The notes beneath the pieces are model-generated. The model was given only the letters and a program-made list of their open reading frames with translations, was not told where the DNA came from and did no database searches. 36,932 nucleotides of DNA from Craspedostauros australis (Eukaryota): NCBI GenBank assembly GCA_030167865.1, contig JALAGF010002840.1, positions 1 to 36,932 on the forward strand, read 5' to 3'. The position numbers and the translations under genes were made by a program. Below, piece after piece: positions 20,127-30,800 of this stretch (position 1 is its first letter; each line of letters starts with the position of its first letter).

Positions 20127-21626
20127 CTATTGTGTGTATTCCTTCAGAACGCTCCGTGCTTGTTCAGCCCCGTGTTCCTTCACGAATTCGTCCAGCCATC
20201 CCGTGATCCAGCCAACTTCATCGAACACTGCGCTTGCGTTGGCCTTGAGCGTGTACAGGTCCGGGTTGGTCTTGCGTCGAATGTCGTTGCGCTTGCCGTA
20301 GCGTTCAGAAGATCCGACGTAGTGATGCACGACCAGCGGGTGCAACCGCACAGCCGAAGTCTCGGGCACCGACGCCGAGTGGCGGCAGGATTGCTGAGAC
20401 GGTCGGTGCACGGAGAACGCGCGGTCGCCCAGGAGATCGTCATCGGCCTGCATCTGCGACAGGTCCAGGATCGCCTTTTGCAGACCGTTCACAGGATCAT
20501 CGTAGGCGGCATGGTACCTCCACCTCAACGTTTCGAACCGGTTCGGCGCGAACGGATGAACCGACGATGCGCCGGGTTGCATTTGTGCCGAAGACCCAGC
20601 CTCGTCTGCGGTGTGCTCCTTGTTCCCGAACTGCAGCGACGGCATCATCACGCATGCGCGGGAAAGTCGCTTGGGATACTCCCGCAGGACGTCCTCGATG
20701 TATCGCATCATGCTTGCGGCGGATGGCTTGGCTGGTTGCAGTCCCCCCAATCGATTTGTGCCAAACACCAACGGGTTGGGCACGATGTATTCGTCCGTGT
20801 CGATGTGCGCCATCCACCGCGGCTGCTGCTGCTTTGCATCCGGCGTACCAGCGCGATCCTCCCCGTGCTTCAGCGTCTTCGCGCATTGGGACAGAAATGT
20901 CACCTGGCGGAACCGATGGACGTTGATCTGCTGCAGCACTTCGTCCATCCATCGCTGCGTGTCTGGATCCTTCGCTTCCTCATCGGACAGATGAGAGAAC
21001 CAGATTTGATCCGTCTTCTTCTCGCGCTGTGGTAAGAACGAGGGAATGCGGTCCATGATCTCCGCTTTGGTCGGCGCGGCGCTGAACCACGGTGGCATGA
21101 AGTTGGAATCGTCCCACTCCAATATCGTCATGCCGAAGCCATCGCGCCATTTTTCGAATATGGAGGATGGTGATGACTTGCTCGATGGATCGACTGCCAC
21201 GATGAGCGTCCTCAGATTCAGGACGTGGTAGTGATACGAGATCCACTCGTTGAGAATGTCATTGTCGTCCTTGACCATGAGGCAGAAAGAAAATGCGGCG
21301 GATGATGCTTGAGTCCCCGCATCTGCTGCCTCTGCCGTTGCTGCTCCTCCTTCCGAAACTGGCTCTACCAATATTGATGATGATAATGATGACGATGATC
21401 CATCGGTCAATCGTTTAGTCGGTAGCTCTTGTCCATGGTCCTCGGACATCGGCGGCAGCAGCTGCTCCTCCTCCTGCCGCTGTCGTGTCTCCTCGTGTGA
21501 CAACTTGGATGCCACAATGTCGACGGAAAGGACGATAGATGTAACGCCCAGCCCGAATAGCATCAGAACCAGCCCATTTTGAAATGAAGAGGCATTCGTT
21601 CGCTTCCTATGCTCGCGTTGTCTCAT
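20127..21626 (-). CDS. Type II membrane GT-A fold glycosyltransferase (GT92/GT2-like), single exon, 499 aa
   Basis: N-terminal TM helix (GLVLMLFGLGVTSIVLSV) and a stem, then FCLMVKDDNDILNEWISYHY, a DxD motif (WMAHIDTDEYI), KAILD, SVHRP and VHHY motifs. Confidence 0.8.
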   Translation of the reverse strand: MRQREHRKRTNASSFQNGLVLMLFGLGVTSIVLSVDIVASKLSHEETRQRQEEEQLLPPMSEDHGQELPTKRLTDGSSSSLSSSILVEPVSEGGAATAEAADAGTQASSAAFSFCLMVKDDNDILNEWISYHYHVLNLRTLIVAVDPSSKSSPSSIFEKWRDGFGMTILEWDDSNFMPPWFSAAPTKAEIMDRIPSFLPQREKKTDQIWFSHLSDEEAKDPDTQRWMDEVLQQINVHRFRQVTFLSQCAKTLKHGEDRAGTPDAKQQQPRWMAHIDTDEYIVPNPLVFGTNRLGGLQPAKPSAASMMRYIEDVLREYPKRLSRACVMMPSLQFGNKEHTADEAGSSAQMQPGASSVHPFAPNRFETLRWRYHAAYDDPVNGLQKAILDLSQMQADDDLLGDRAFSVHRPSQQSCRHSASVPETSAVRLHPLVVHHYVGSSERYGKRNDIRRKTNPDLYTLKANASAVFDEVGWITGWLDEFVKEHGAEQARSVLKEYTQ

Positions 21627-23264
21627 CGTTTCGCATCGCCGAGCTTGCTATCGCGCTGCGGCTGGCGCAATGTTGTCGTTGTGTACACGTAGCTCGCAGT
21701 GCAAGCGGATGCTGCATGAGCGGAAGGTCTGTGTTCGTGCAGCCAAACCAGTCCCTTCCCTCCGACGTGATGGCCTCTCCTGTCATGTCGACCTCTTTGT
21801 GTCTTTTTGTGACCTCTTGTGTTGTTTTGCGAGAAGTGGATGACCAAAAAACTGTCGAGTCGTGGATAACGAAGCACACGCAATGAAATTACAGTCTACT
21901 TTCCAAAGTTAGTTCGAGTTGTTGCCATCATGCTACGAGCTCCTAAGTTGGTTTCTAGTTTAGCTCTATTAAAGAAGGAGGAGGAAGGAAGGCGGTGTGC
22001 TGATTGATCTTGGATGGAACACAACGACGCGAGCGATCATACCATATTCACAACAGAGCTGCGATAGACGAGAAACGACAATCTGCTCAACCACGTACCC
22101 AATCGACAAGTGTCAGGACGCCACTGGTGTGCTTTGGGACATCAACTATCATCGGATCCATAAATCATGGAAATCGTTTGCTATGGTATCGGCAACTTCT
22201 TCTCCCATGGCTCGTCATCATTGTTGGCCACATCGGGACCCATGCGGCGGCTGGCGTACGCTTGCGCTTTGCCCCAAAAAAGCCACAAACGGCGGCAACA
22301 ACAACAAGTGAACAGTGGCAATACATACATCCCGCTCCGTCAAGTTGCAGTCCGACGATCCATGAATGATACACGTGGAATCCACCATCCTTTCCCAGAC
22401 GAGGCACAACGCTTTTCACGTCATCGAAACCAACGTACGTGAAAGCCATATGCTCGGGGACACCGATGACGACGACGGCAACAGCGGTGACCAAGGCATC
22501 TTTTTCGTGCCGCGTTGGCCAATGATGACGGATTGCAAATTGCTGTACACCTACCAGGGGTCATTTGCAACGCAGTGCAATGATCATCATCAGTTCATTG
22601 ACAGAACATCGTGCCTTGCGATCCAGCCAGGTCGTACTGCAAGCAATACGGCAAATCCGAATGGAGCAGCACGCTGCACGCGTCACCAAAGGTGGCATTC
22701 AAAGCATGTCGGGACGCTTCAAGAATGCATTCCATGATTCCGACTTGATCAGGTTCTGTTCTTTTCCGGACGCGGCTCCATTGCCGAGGCCGGCAAATCC
22801 GGATGAGAGCAGCAGGAACAACAAGGATGGTGAATTGCTGTGGTTCCGTTCAGTTGATCATCACAATACTATCCACCTAAGGCTTGGTTCTGCGAACACT
22901 CCATGCTCCTCGCTAACTTGCATTCATGTTCATATCCACACCCGCAGCCATGTCATCTAGTAATAACCCCCATCCTGTCGAAACGTCACGCAGCAAAGCC
23001 AAACTGTAAAATAGTGTTTTGGTTTTGGCGTCGTACCACCAAAAAGCATTTCCTCTCGTGCTTGTGACGAGAGCAGCACAAACAAACCAACCGTGGCGTT
23101 TGTGCGGAATTCAAACAACTGCGCTACAAGTCAACTGGTCACTTCATTGCACCACGCATGCCTGCAGAGATGTTGAACATGCTGATATTGAATCTGATCG
23201 CTGAGCTGGTTGCAAGTGTGTTGATGCTGTCGATTTAATGACACGTTCACTCCTCAAAGGCTGT

Positions 23265-24941
23265 TCACTCCTCTTTGTTGGTCACGCCGCTGGCCTCAGA
23301 GTTGCCTTGTCGTTTTTTTGTGCAGCGTGACAAAACAAAACGTGCTTTGGGCTCTATCCACACAGTTATATCACGTACGACGAAGGACAATGCGACAAAG
23401 AAGTACATGTAGTGTTCTGCCCAGAGCCAGAAGTCGGCAGGAAACGCGAAGTCCACCGATGTCGCCCAATCCAGGTATGAATCCATTTGCGAAGTATCCT
23501 TGTCCTCATCTACAATCTTGTAGAACTCTATCATGGACATGCGGGTATACTCATCATCAAGCCCATTACTTACCGCTCCACCATTGCAGAGCGTCTGGAT
23601 CTCTCCCAACAGTTGAGGCTGTTGAATCAGCTTTCTAGAATCTGCCTGAACGAGTAAATTCTGCATATTTGCAGCGATCATCCTCATTGCCGCTCTTTTC
23701 AACAGTGCACACTTGTGTTGATCGCCGAATAGCAATTCATCTATCATGGTGTCCTGTGTGAGATGCTTGCGGACCAACTCCGCTTCAAGAACAAGTTTGA
23801 GTCGCCAGAAGCCGAATTCATTGGCAACAAGGATCAGCTGTCGCAGATCATCTCGTCCATTGAGGATGGGAGTTGGCAGGTCAGAGCCGTCGGTGTTGTC
23901 ATGAGGGCTGTCGTCGAAGGATATCTCACCTGCGTAGATGCATTCGAGGACATGCTGGACGTGTTTGGGTTGCAAGTCTGGAAGAGGGATTGTTGTTTGG
24001 ATGGGGGGCGCACCGTCGATAGCGGACTGATGTTGGATTCCGGAATCGATCAATGGCTGAATGGAAGGAACAGTGACCAGGAGGACTCCGCTGTTTGCCT
24101 TGATTGGTTGTTGCTCATTGTCTTGTCCGCACAAGAAGGTGATGTCTGTCTTGGCCCCGATAAGAACAGCGGTGCGGCGATCATGGCTGATGTTGATGTT
24201 CGTCCTCATGTGGCTGCTTTGTTTGTGCTCTCCCGAGTGCGCTCTGGGGTGTTGTTTCAGGTGCTGTCGCAGTTGTTCCTTCTCCTGCTCATTCTGCTCC
24301 AACTGTCGTTGTAGTTGTGACTTGTGGCGACTAAGACGACTGAGCCGTTTCATGGTCGACCTCATCATGTCGATCTGATCTTCTGCCCTGATCATGTCGA
24401 GGGGTGTTTTGTCGTTGTTGTTCTTGATGTCGATATCGGCATTGCTTGATTCGATGAGATACTCCGCGAAATCGTAACGGCCGTTGAAGCATGCCTCATG
24501 AAGGGGAGTGTCACCGTTGTTGGCTTTGCAGTTGGCGTCGACGTTACAAAATTCAATGAGGTACTTGACATTCTCCAGCTGGCCGATGAAGCATGCCACA
24601 TGAAGGGGGGTGTCACCATTGCTGTCTTTGCAGTTGGCGTCGACATTGCATGATTCGATGAGGTACTTGACACACTCCAGGCAGCCGTTCATGCATGCCG
24701 TATGAAGGGGAGTTCTCCCATTGTCGGCTTTGCAATTGGCGTCGACATTGCAGGATTCAATGAGGTACTCGACGCACTCCAGCTGGCCGTTGAAGCATGC
24801 CACATGAAGGGGAGTACCGACAAGCCGGTCTGTAACCCTGTTGATATCAACGCCTTCATTCTGATTCTTCCATTCCTTCAACACTGACAGACCACCTGCC
24901 ATGGCAGCAACAAGGAGTTGTTCGTTCGACACATTCGGCAT
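23265..24941 (-). CDS. Ankyrin-repeat, coiled-coil and BTB/POZ domain protein, about 558 aa
   Basis: Likely start MPNVSNEQLL at 24941; the ORF extends to 25184 through repeat-derived sequence. Four TPLHxAC ankyrin repeats, a Q/E-rich coil, BTB (TDITFLCG...IKANSGVL...LECIYAG...LILVANEFGFWRLK) and BACK-like CALLKRAAM. Confidence 0.85.
   Translation of the reverse strand: MPNVSNEQLLVAAMAGGLSVLKEWKNQNEGVDINRVTDRLVGTPLHVACFNGQLECVEYLIESCNVDANCKADNGRTPLHTACMNGCLECVKYLIESCNVDANCKDSNGDTPLHVACFIGQLENVKYLIEFCNVDANCKANNGDTPLHEACFNGRYDFAEYLIESSNADIDIKNNNDKTPLDMIRAEDQIDMMRSTMKRLSRLSRHKSQLQRQLEQNEQEKEQLRQHLKQHPRAHSGEHKQSSHMRTNINISHDRRTAVLIGAKTDITFLCGQDNEQQPIKANSGVLLVTVPSIQPLIDSGIQHQSAIDGAPPIQTTIPLPDLQPKHVQHVLECIYAGEISFDDSPHDNTDGSDLPTPILNGRDDLRQLILVANEFGFWRLKLVLEAELVRKHLTQDTMIDELLFGDQHKCALLKRAAMRMIAANMQNLLVQADSRKLIQQPQLLGEIQTLCNGGAVSNGLDDEYTRMSMIEFYKIVDEDKDTSQMDSYLDWATSVDFAFPADFWLWAEHYMYFFVALSFVVRDITVWIEPKARFVLSRCTKKRQGNSEASGVTNKEE
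24400..24820 (-). repeat. 102-bp tandem units encoding 34-aa ankyrin repeats
   Basis: The anchor ggcgtcgac recurs at 24534, 24636 and 24738 (period 102), with high nucleotide similarity between units. Confidence 0.9.
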
Positions 24942-25020
24942 CTTGATTGTTGGAAAATTGAGTGATGATTGCTGGATGTCTTTCTGGTGTGGTGAAGAGG
25001 CGCTGTGTGACGAAAACCAG

Positions 25021-25330
25021 ATCGATATCTGCTGTTGATGCGCCCAAGCACGGGTTTGCATGTTGCATTTTGCATGCTGCATTGTGTTGCCTTGTTCGCA
25101 TGTTCTCTCGCTTCTCTTCTCGTCTCTCTTCTTGCCTTCTTCTCCTCTTGGTCGCACCCTTCTCAACGAGTGTGCATCCTTCAAATCGATGTCTGCTGCT
25201 CATGTGCTCGCACAGGTTTGCGTGTTGGATGCGACATGTTGCATGGTGTTACCTTGTTCGCATGTTCTCTCGCTTCTCTTCTCATGGCACTTCTTGACTC
25301 CTTCTCTTGATCGCACCTTTGTCAACAGGT
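25021..25330. repeat. Diverged tandem duplication (period about 162-164 bp) upstream of the ankyrin-BTB gene
   Basis: Copy 1 is about 25021-25170 and copy 2 about 25185-25330. They share the exact core ccttgttcgcatgttctctcgcttctcttctc (at 25090 and 25252) and the flanks atcgat.tctgctg and tcgcacc.t. Confidence 0.85.
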
Positions 25331-25864
25331 CCTCCTCTTCGTTCAGCAGCACCATCAACACCAAACGAAACGAGACGAAACGGAGGAAATGTGATCACAT
25401 CACAAACTAGAATCTCCATCGCATTTTTAATCGAATTAGTCGCATATCGACAAGCGAGTTTCGTCGCTCCACGATTGTGGCGCGATTCCGCTGTTCGCGT
25501 TGTTCCGGTATCTTGGTCCGCGTTTCTTCTTGAGTTCCTCTTCCGTTGTCCGCGATGACGTTGCTGCGACGAACGCAATCGGAGTGGGAATGACAAGGCA
25601 ACACTCGCGAGCTACGAATACAATGCACACTGCTGTCCTCAGTTTGGGGTGCTAAACGTAAGAGTTGAGATCATTGGATGTGCAGCGCGCCAACAAACCA
25701 CTCGCGCACGTGAGCAGCACTACATGCATGAGTTGCTCTTGGATGAAGCGAGTACATGCGGAGGAGCAAAGTAGAAGGCGCAACATCAGTGCGCACATGC
25801 GATACAGATAGCATAGAGAGGGTCGTATCGAGAGCATCAAAGAAGGAACCACAGGCGCGAGAAG

Positions 25865-27199
25865 ATGGGCAACGCATTGGACAGACCGGTCACGGAAAAG
25901 ACAACGCGGAGATCATTGCAAACGGGGCGATCTCTGCCCCTTGATGGGACTGGCAGCAGCAACAGGAACATCGTTTGGGGCGCATCGATGGTGCAGGGTT
26001 GGCGTCCGTACATGGAGGATCGATTTCTCTGTGAGTGCATCGAATCGGTATCCGTCGTCGATGGCAATGACGACTCTAACGTCAACGATGATGATGGTGT
26101 CAAGCCAACAACAACAACGACGACGACGATACCGATCCCTTCTCACCATCTGATGTGCATCATGGATGGGCATGGTGGGGCCGAGGCTGTGGACATCGTG
26201 CAGGAACACTTCCGGCGTGTTCTGTGCCAGCAACCATCGTTCCTCGCGTACGCGCGATCGATTGCCATACAGGGCGGCGACGACTGCAATGACGGCGCAC
26301 GCAACTCGAATAAGAAGAAAGCAAAGAAGAAATCCACCAAGGCAAACAGGCGGCGGCAACAACAGCAGAAAACAGCGCAAGCATCCGAGAAAGCGTTGCA
26401 GCAATTGAGGCAAGCGATGGAAGACAGCTTTGTCGCAATGGACCGAATGATCCTTCAGAATTTTATCGCGCAGGGTTTCGTCAAACCACAGCCTCCCACG
26501 GAGAAAGATGAAGATGCTGACGATTGGGACGTCGCCATTATCGATGAGCAGAAGCATGACAACGACGACGATGCAACACCCACGCCGGAGCAACCGCAGT
26601 GCCCAGGCACAACCATGGTGGCTGTCCTGATCACGCCGCATCACATCATCTGTGCCAACGCCGGTGATTCCCGTGCCGTCCTGCGCGCTGACACGGTCCT
26701 GTCGCTCAGTGTCGATCACAAACCGACCGACGAGATCGAACGACAGCGCATCGAGGCTGCTGGCGGAGAGGTCAATTTTGGTCGTGTCGATGGAGAATTG
26801 GCCATGTCGCGGGCGTTGGGAGACTTTGAATTGAAGGGGTATCCATTCGATTATCATCGCGATGCATCATTGGATGACTGCCAACGCAGACATATCGCGA
26901 CGAAGCTCAAGGTATCGCCCGTCCCCACCATCGAGCAATGGCAACGAGGTACGGAACGAGTGGTGGTCGTCGCCAGCGATGGGGTTTGGGATGTGATGAG
27001 CAACGAACAGTGTCTGGACCTGGTCCAACAGCTCCACGAAGAAGGGGAATCGGACCCAGGTCTGGTGGCGGAGGAGCTTCTGGACGTTTGTTTGAAGAAA
27101 GGCACGCGTGACAACTGCGCGGCTATCGTCATTCGGTTCGGGCCAGAAACGGTCGGCAATGGAGGAGGGGTGAGGAAACGACGGAGTGGAAGGCAATAA
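25865..27199 (+). CDS. PP2C/PPM-family Ser/Thr protein phosphatase (PPM1A/Ptc2-like), single exon, 444 aa
   Basis: MQGWRPYMED, MDGHGG, ANAGDSRAV, DHKP, ELAMSRALGD, VASDGVWDVM and TRDN motifs are intact. N-terminus MGNALDRP. Confidence 0.95.
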   Translation: MGNALDRPVTEKTTRRSLQTGRSLPLDGTGSSNRNIVWGASMVQGWRPYMEDRFLCECIESVSVVDGNDDSNVNDDDGVKPTTTTTTTIPIPSHHLMCIMDGHGGAEAVDIVQEHFRRVLCQQPSFLAYARSIAIQGGDDCNDGARNSNKKKAKKKSTKANRRRQQQQKTAQASEKALQQLRQAMEDSFVAMDRMILQNFIAQGFVKPQPPTEKDEDADDWDVAIIDEQKHDNDDDATPTPEQPQCPGTTMVAVLITPHHIICANAGDSRAVLRADTVLSLSVDHKPTDEIERQRIEAAGGEVNFGRVDGELAMSRALGDFELKGYPFDYHRDASLDDCQRRHIATKLKVSPVPTIEQWQRGTERVVVVASDGVWDVMSNEQCLDLVQQLHEEGESDPGLVAEELLDVCLKKGTRDNCAAIVIRFGPETVGNGGGVRKRRSGRQ

Positions 27200-27852
27200 C
27201 ACACATGTTGGCTTTTGAGAGCAGTTGTTGGAGGACTGTGGAGGCAACAATTGGAGATCCAATCCATCTTAGCGTGTTGGTACCGTGGAGTGGTACCATA
27301 TTGTACGCTGCAACCAATTACTCTCCAGCGATACTCCAACATACCTAAGCTTGCTTTAACCCAGTCGTCTTCGTTGAATACTCCACCTTCTCTTCATACG
27401 AGCATGAAACAGGGACATCACTGACATGCGATGTGCAGTTGCAATAAGCGCGCTGTTCTGGAGTTCCACAGTCTGCGTACGAGTATTAGGAGACACGCAA
27501 GTGTCGTGTGCTCACTTGTAGTTGTACCCAGATTGGAGGAAATCGTGGGTACGTACCTACACTGGCTCCACTCTGCTCTGGTCTTGTAGACTTGAATCCC
27601 GAGCCTGGAGGGACAGATGGCCAGACGAATTTGGCGCCAAAAACGAATTTGAATTCTTCGTCTTCGTCACCGTGTTGGAACACGAGCCGTGGCTCGTTTC
27701 GAATCGACAAGCAACAACGGACACGAGGAGACGAAACGACACCACCACAAAGAGCAAACGCCCAACAAGCACCAAACAAGGATCAAAGTGGCTCCGCACC
27801 GCAAGGGTATATTGTAAGGAAACAGAAGGCATCGCAACCCATCTTCTTGGTC

Positions 27853-30800
27853 ATGGAAAATGCATCTCGGTCAGCAGCTCAAGCGTCTCGAAAGAGGCCG
27901 TTGTTGGTGAAACCCCACGCAGCGCCACCAAAGACAGCCACAACGCTGCGGTTGGAGCGAATGCTCGACACCAAGAATGGTAGCGCAAAGAAGAAGCATC
28001 TCAAGAAGCGCAAGCTGCATTCATCGACGGCAGTCCCCACGTCATGTCCCCCCTCGGCTTCCTCATCAGCACCATCGACGTCATTGGCGCCATTGACATC
28101 AAGCGATGGATTCGGTAACAGCAACGCAGTACGTACAAATCCATTCGGGCAAGGACCAACAGGCAACAGATGCGTGCTCAGCAGCCACAAACCGGCGTCG
28201 TACGTCTCACCCTTCGCCAAGGCCAGGGCAAGGGTCCAGGCAAAGAACGCGCAAAAGAGACCATCGACGAAATCAAGTTCCACTGGACGACGATCCATCT
28301 CACCGCGCAAATCCCAGCACAATGATGTTGGAACATCGTTGGCATTGAATAAGTCTCCAAACTTCGTGCCAACGAGCACGTCACAGCACAAGGTCGTTAA
28401 TCCGACGACAGGAGATGCCCAGCGTGCGACTGCCGCTGTGACTGAGAACATCGTTGACGCAATTCCTGTTGCTACATCTACGCCCACATCTACACCAACA
28501 CCTGCGAGTATCGATCTCGCCGCAGCCGCCGCCACGATCACCGAAGCTAGTTCCAAGAACCACAAGGAGAGCAAGCGCACGCAACCCGCACCCACAACCA
28601 AACCCAAACCATCAAATACAGCAATGGGAAAGATTGGCTTGCGCCTATCATCCTCTGCGACGAAGAAAACCGAGCATCGCCACCGTCTTCCGTTGGACGC
28701 ATCGCTCTTTGAGTTGGATTCGCAATCGAAGGAAGCGGAACATAGCACGGGATCTTCGTCAATCTCCGCCCACGCAGCAAGCACAGCGTCTGCATCGTCC
28801 TTGACCACACAATATCTCTCGATATCACAGCACAAACCCACCATCGACGCTCATGCGAAACAAGTTTCGCAAAACATGCTGCTGGCCAATGAAACGAAAC
28901 CAGCTTCAGGTACATTTGCCGCAAACACATCATCAGTGGCACAATCATTCTCAGCCAGTCGTATGAGCACGACCACGACGACGACCAGCACAAGAACCAG
29001 CATCAAGAAGGGCAGAAATACCAAGAACAACGACAACTTCGTTCCCTTGAATCTTCGCAACAGCGCGGGGGCATGCAGAGGCGCGAGGAACGTCAATAAG
29101 CGCAAGGAACTGCGGAAGCAACGGCAGCAAGCATGGCGGCAAGAAAAGGAGCGTGAATGGGCAGAGAGGGCGGGGCAAACGGCCGGCGACGGTGTCTCCA
29201 GCAACCCGTACTCGCAACAACGCACATCTTTCGCGGCCACGGCATCGGCTCGCAATGACCAGATCAACCATGTCTGTCGTATGACTGGGCTTGATCCCGT
29301 CGACAACTACCTCGACGGAATCTTCCAAGCCCCATCGGCATCGACGCCAGCATCAGCTCCAACATCAATGGATAGGAACAGCAAAAGCAACGGCAGCAAA
29401 GGGAGCAGGAAGCCAGCATCCGCAAAGGCAAACAAGGGCAAGGCACCGCCGACAGACAAGGCGCAATCATCGACGAAGCCCAGCTGCGCACGCCATCGAC
29501 TCCCCTGCAAGCTTCTCGTCGTCAAGAAGAACACGACGGGCAACAAGGGACGCAAATTCTACGTTTGCTCCATGCCGAAAGGGCAGCAGTGCAACCACTT
29601 TCAATGGGCAGACGATACCATCGGAGCTGTGCAGACCAAGTTGCTCAAGAATAAGTCCATCTCGGGCTTCATTTCACGGCAAGTCAAGTCGCACACGGAC
29701 CGGTACCGCATGCTAACAGTTCCCGAACTGAAGATGGAGGCCAAGAAGAAGGGATTGTCCCACGTTGGGACCAAATCTCAGCTCCTCATGCGCCTCAGTA
29801 TTTGGGTGCGTGATGAAGTTGCACTCTCCAAAACGGTGAAAGGATCGGAAGAAAATGATATGGACACTGCGAACGGCGTGCCGGATCCCCCACCTCCGGA
29901 ATCGAACCCATCGGAAATGATTGAGTTGGACGATGACAGCGTCTCAACCAGCGATTCGGATTCGCAATCATCTGAGGACGTCGACGACGATGACGACGAT
30001 GAAGAAGATTTACTTCTCATTGAGAAGGGCGACTCAAGTGATGATGCACTGAATGCCCATGGGCGTACCAATGTGAGGAAAGAGCGAAATCGCAACAGCA
30101 CTACGGAGTGTACATCAAAAGGCAGCGAGGGTATAGCATTGGATCATGACGATAGCTATGATGACAACAATGACGCAAGTATCGATGACGAACTCGGGAC
30201 GGCAGAATACAGGCACGCTCTGCGCGATTACTTCGGTCACAACAATTTCAGAGACGGGCAGGAATGGGCCATTGACCGTTGCATGCATCAGCAACGTACT
30301 CTGCTGGTGGCGCCTACAGGGTTCGGAAAGTCGCTGTGCTACGCGCTGCCAGCTGCTCTCTTGGATGGCGTCACCATCGTCGTGTCACCCTTGCTATCTT
30401 TGATCCAAGATCAGATGCGTTCCTTGCCGCCCAGAATCCCAGCTGCCACATTATCCGGATCATTATCCGCATCGGAAACGGCAGCGATCATCGATGACAT
30501 CGTGCGAAAGCGAGTCAAGATCTTGTTCATCTCACCGGAACGCCTTGTGAGCGCATCATTCCGCCGCTTGTTCCAGTACAGGTGGGATCCGAAGACGAAG
30601 ACCAGGCGACGGACATTCCCGGAGATCCCACTGCTGTGTCTCGATGAGGCACATTGTGCCAGCCAATGGGCTCACAATTTCCGCCCCTGCTTTTTGCGAT
30701 TCCGGCACTTCCTCAACCTCCTCAGTCCCAAGAGCGTGCTTGCAATCACCGCAACCGCAGAACCCAGAGTCGTTGATGATATCTGCAAGACGATCCGCAT

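Noticed and set aside
24942..25184. N-terminal extension of the ankyrin-BTB ORF
   Set aside because: Begins at TTG and runs through the duplicated non-coding block. The ATG at 24941, directly before the ankyrin region, is more plausible.
24400..25330. Periodic repeats considered as a CRISPR array or transposon termini
   Set aside because: The 102-bp units are coding ankyrin repeats and the other block is a two-copy duplication. There are no unique spacers, cas genes, TIRs or transposase.
27508..27852. N-terminal extension of the RecQ4 ORF from a GTG start
   Set aside because: Non-ATG start in a eukaryote; the first in-frame ATG is at 27853.
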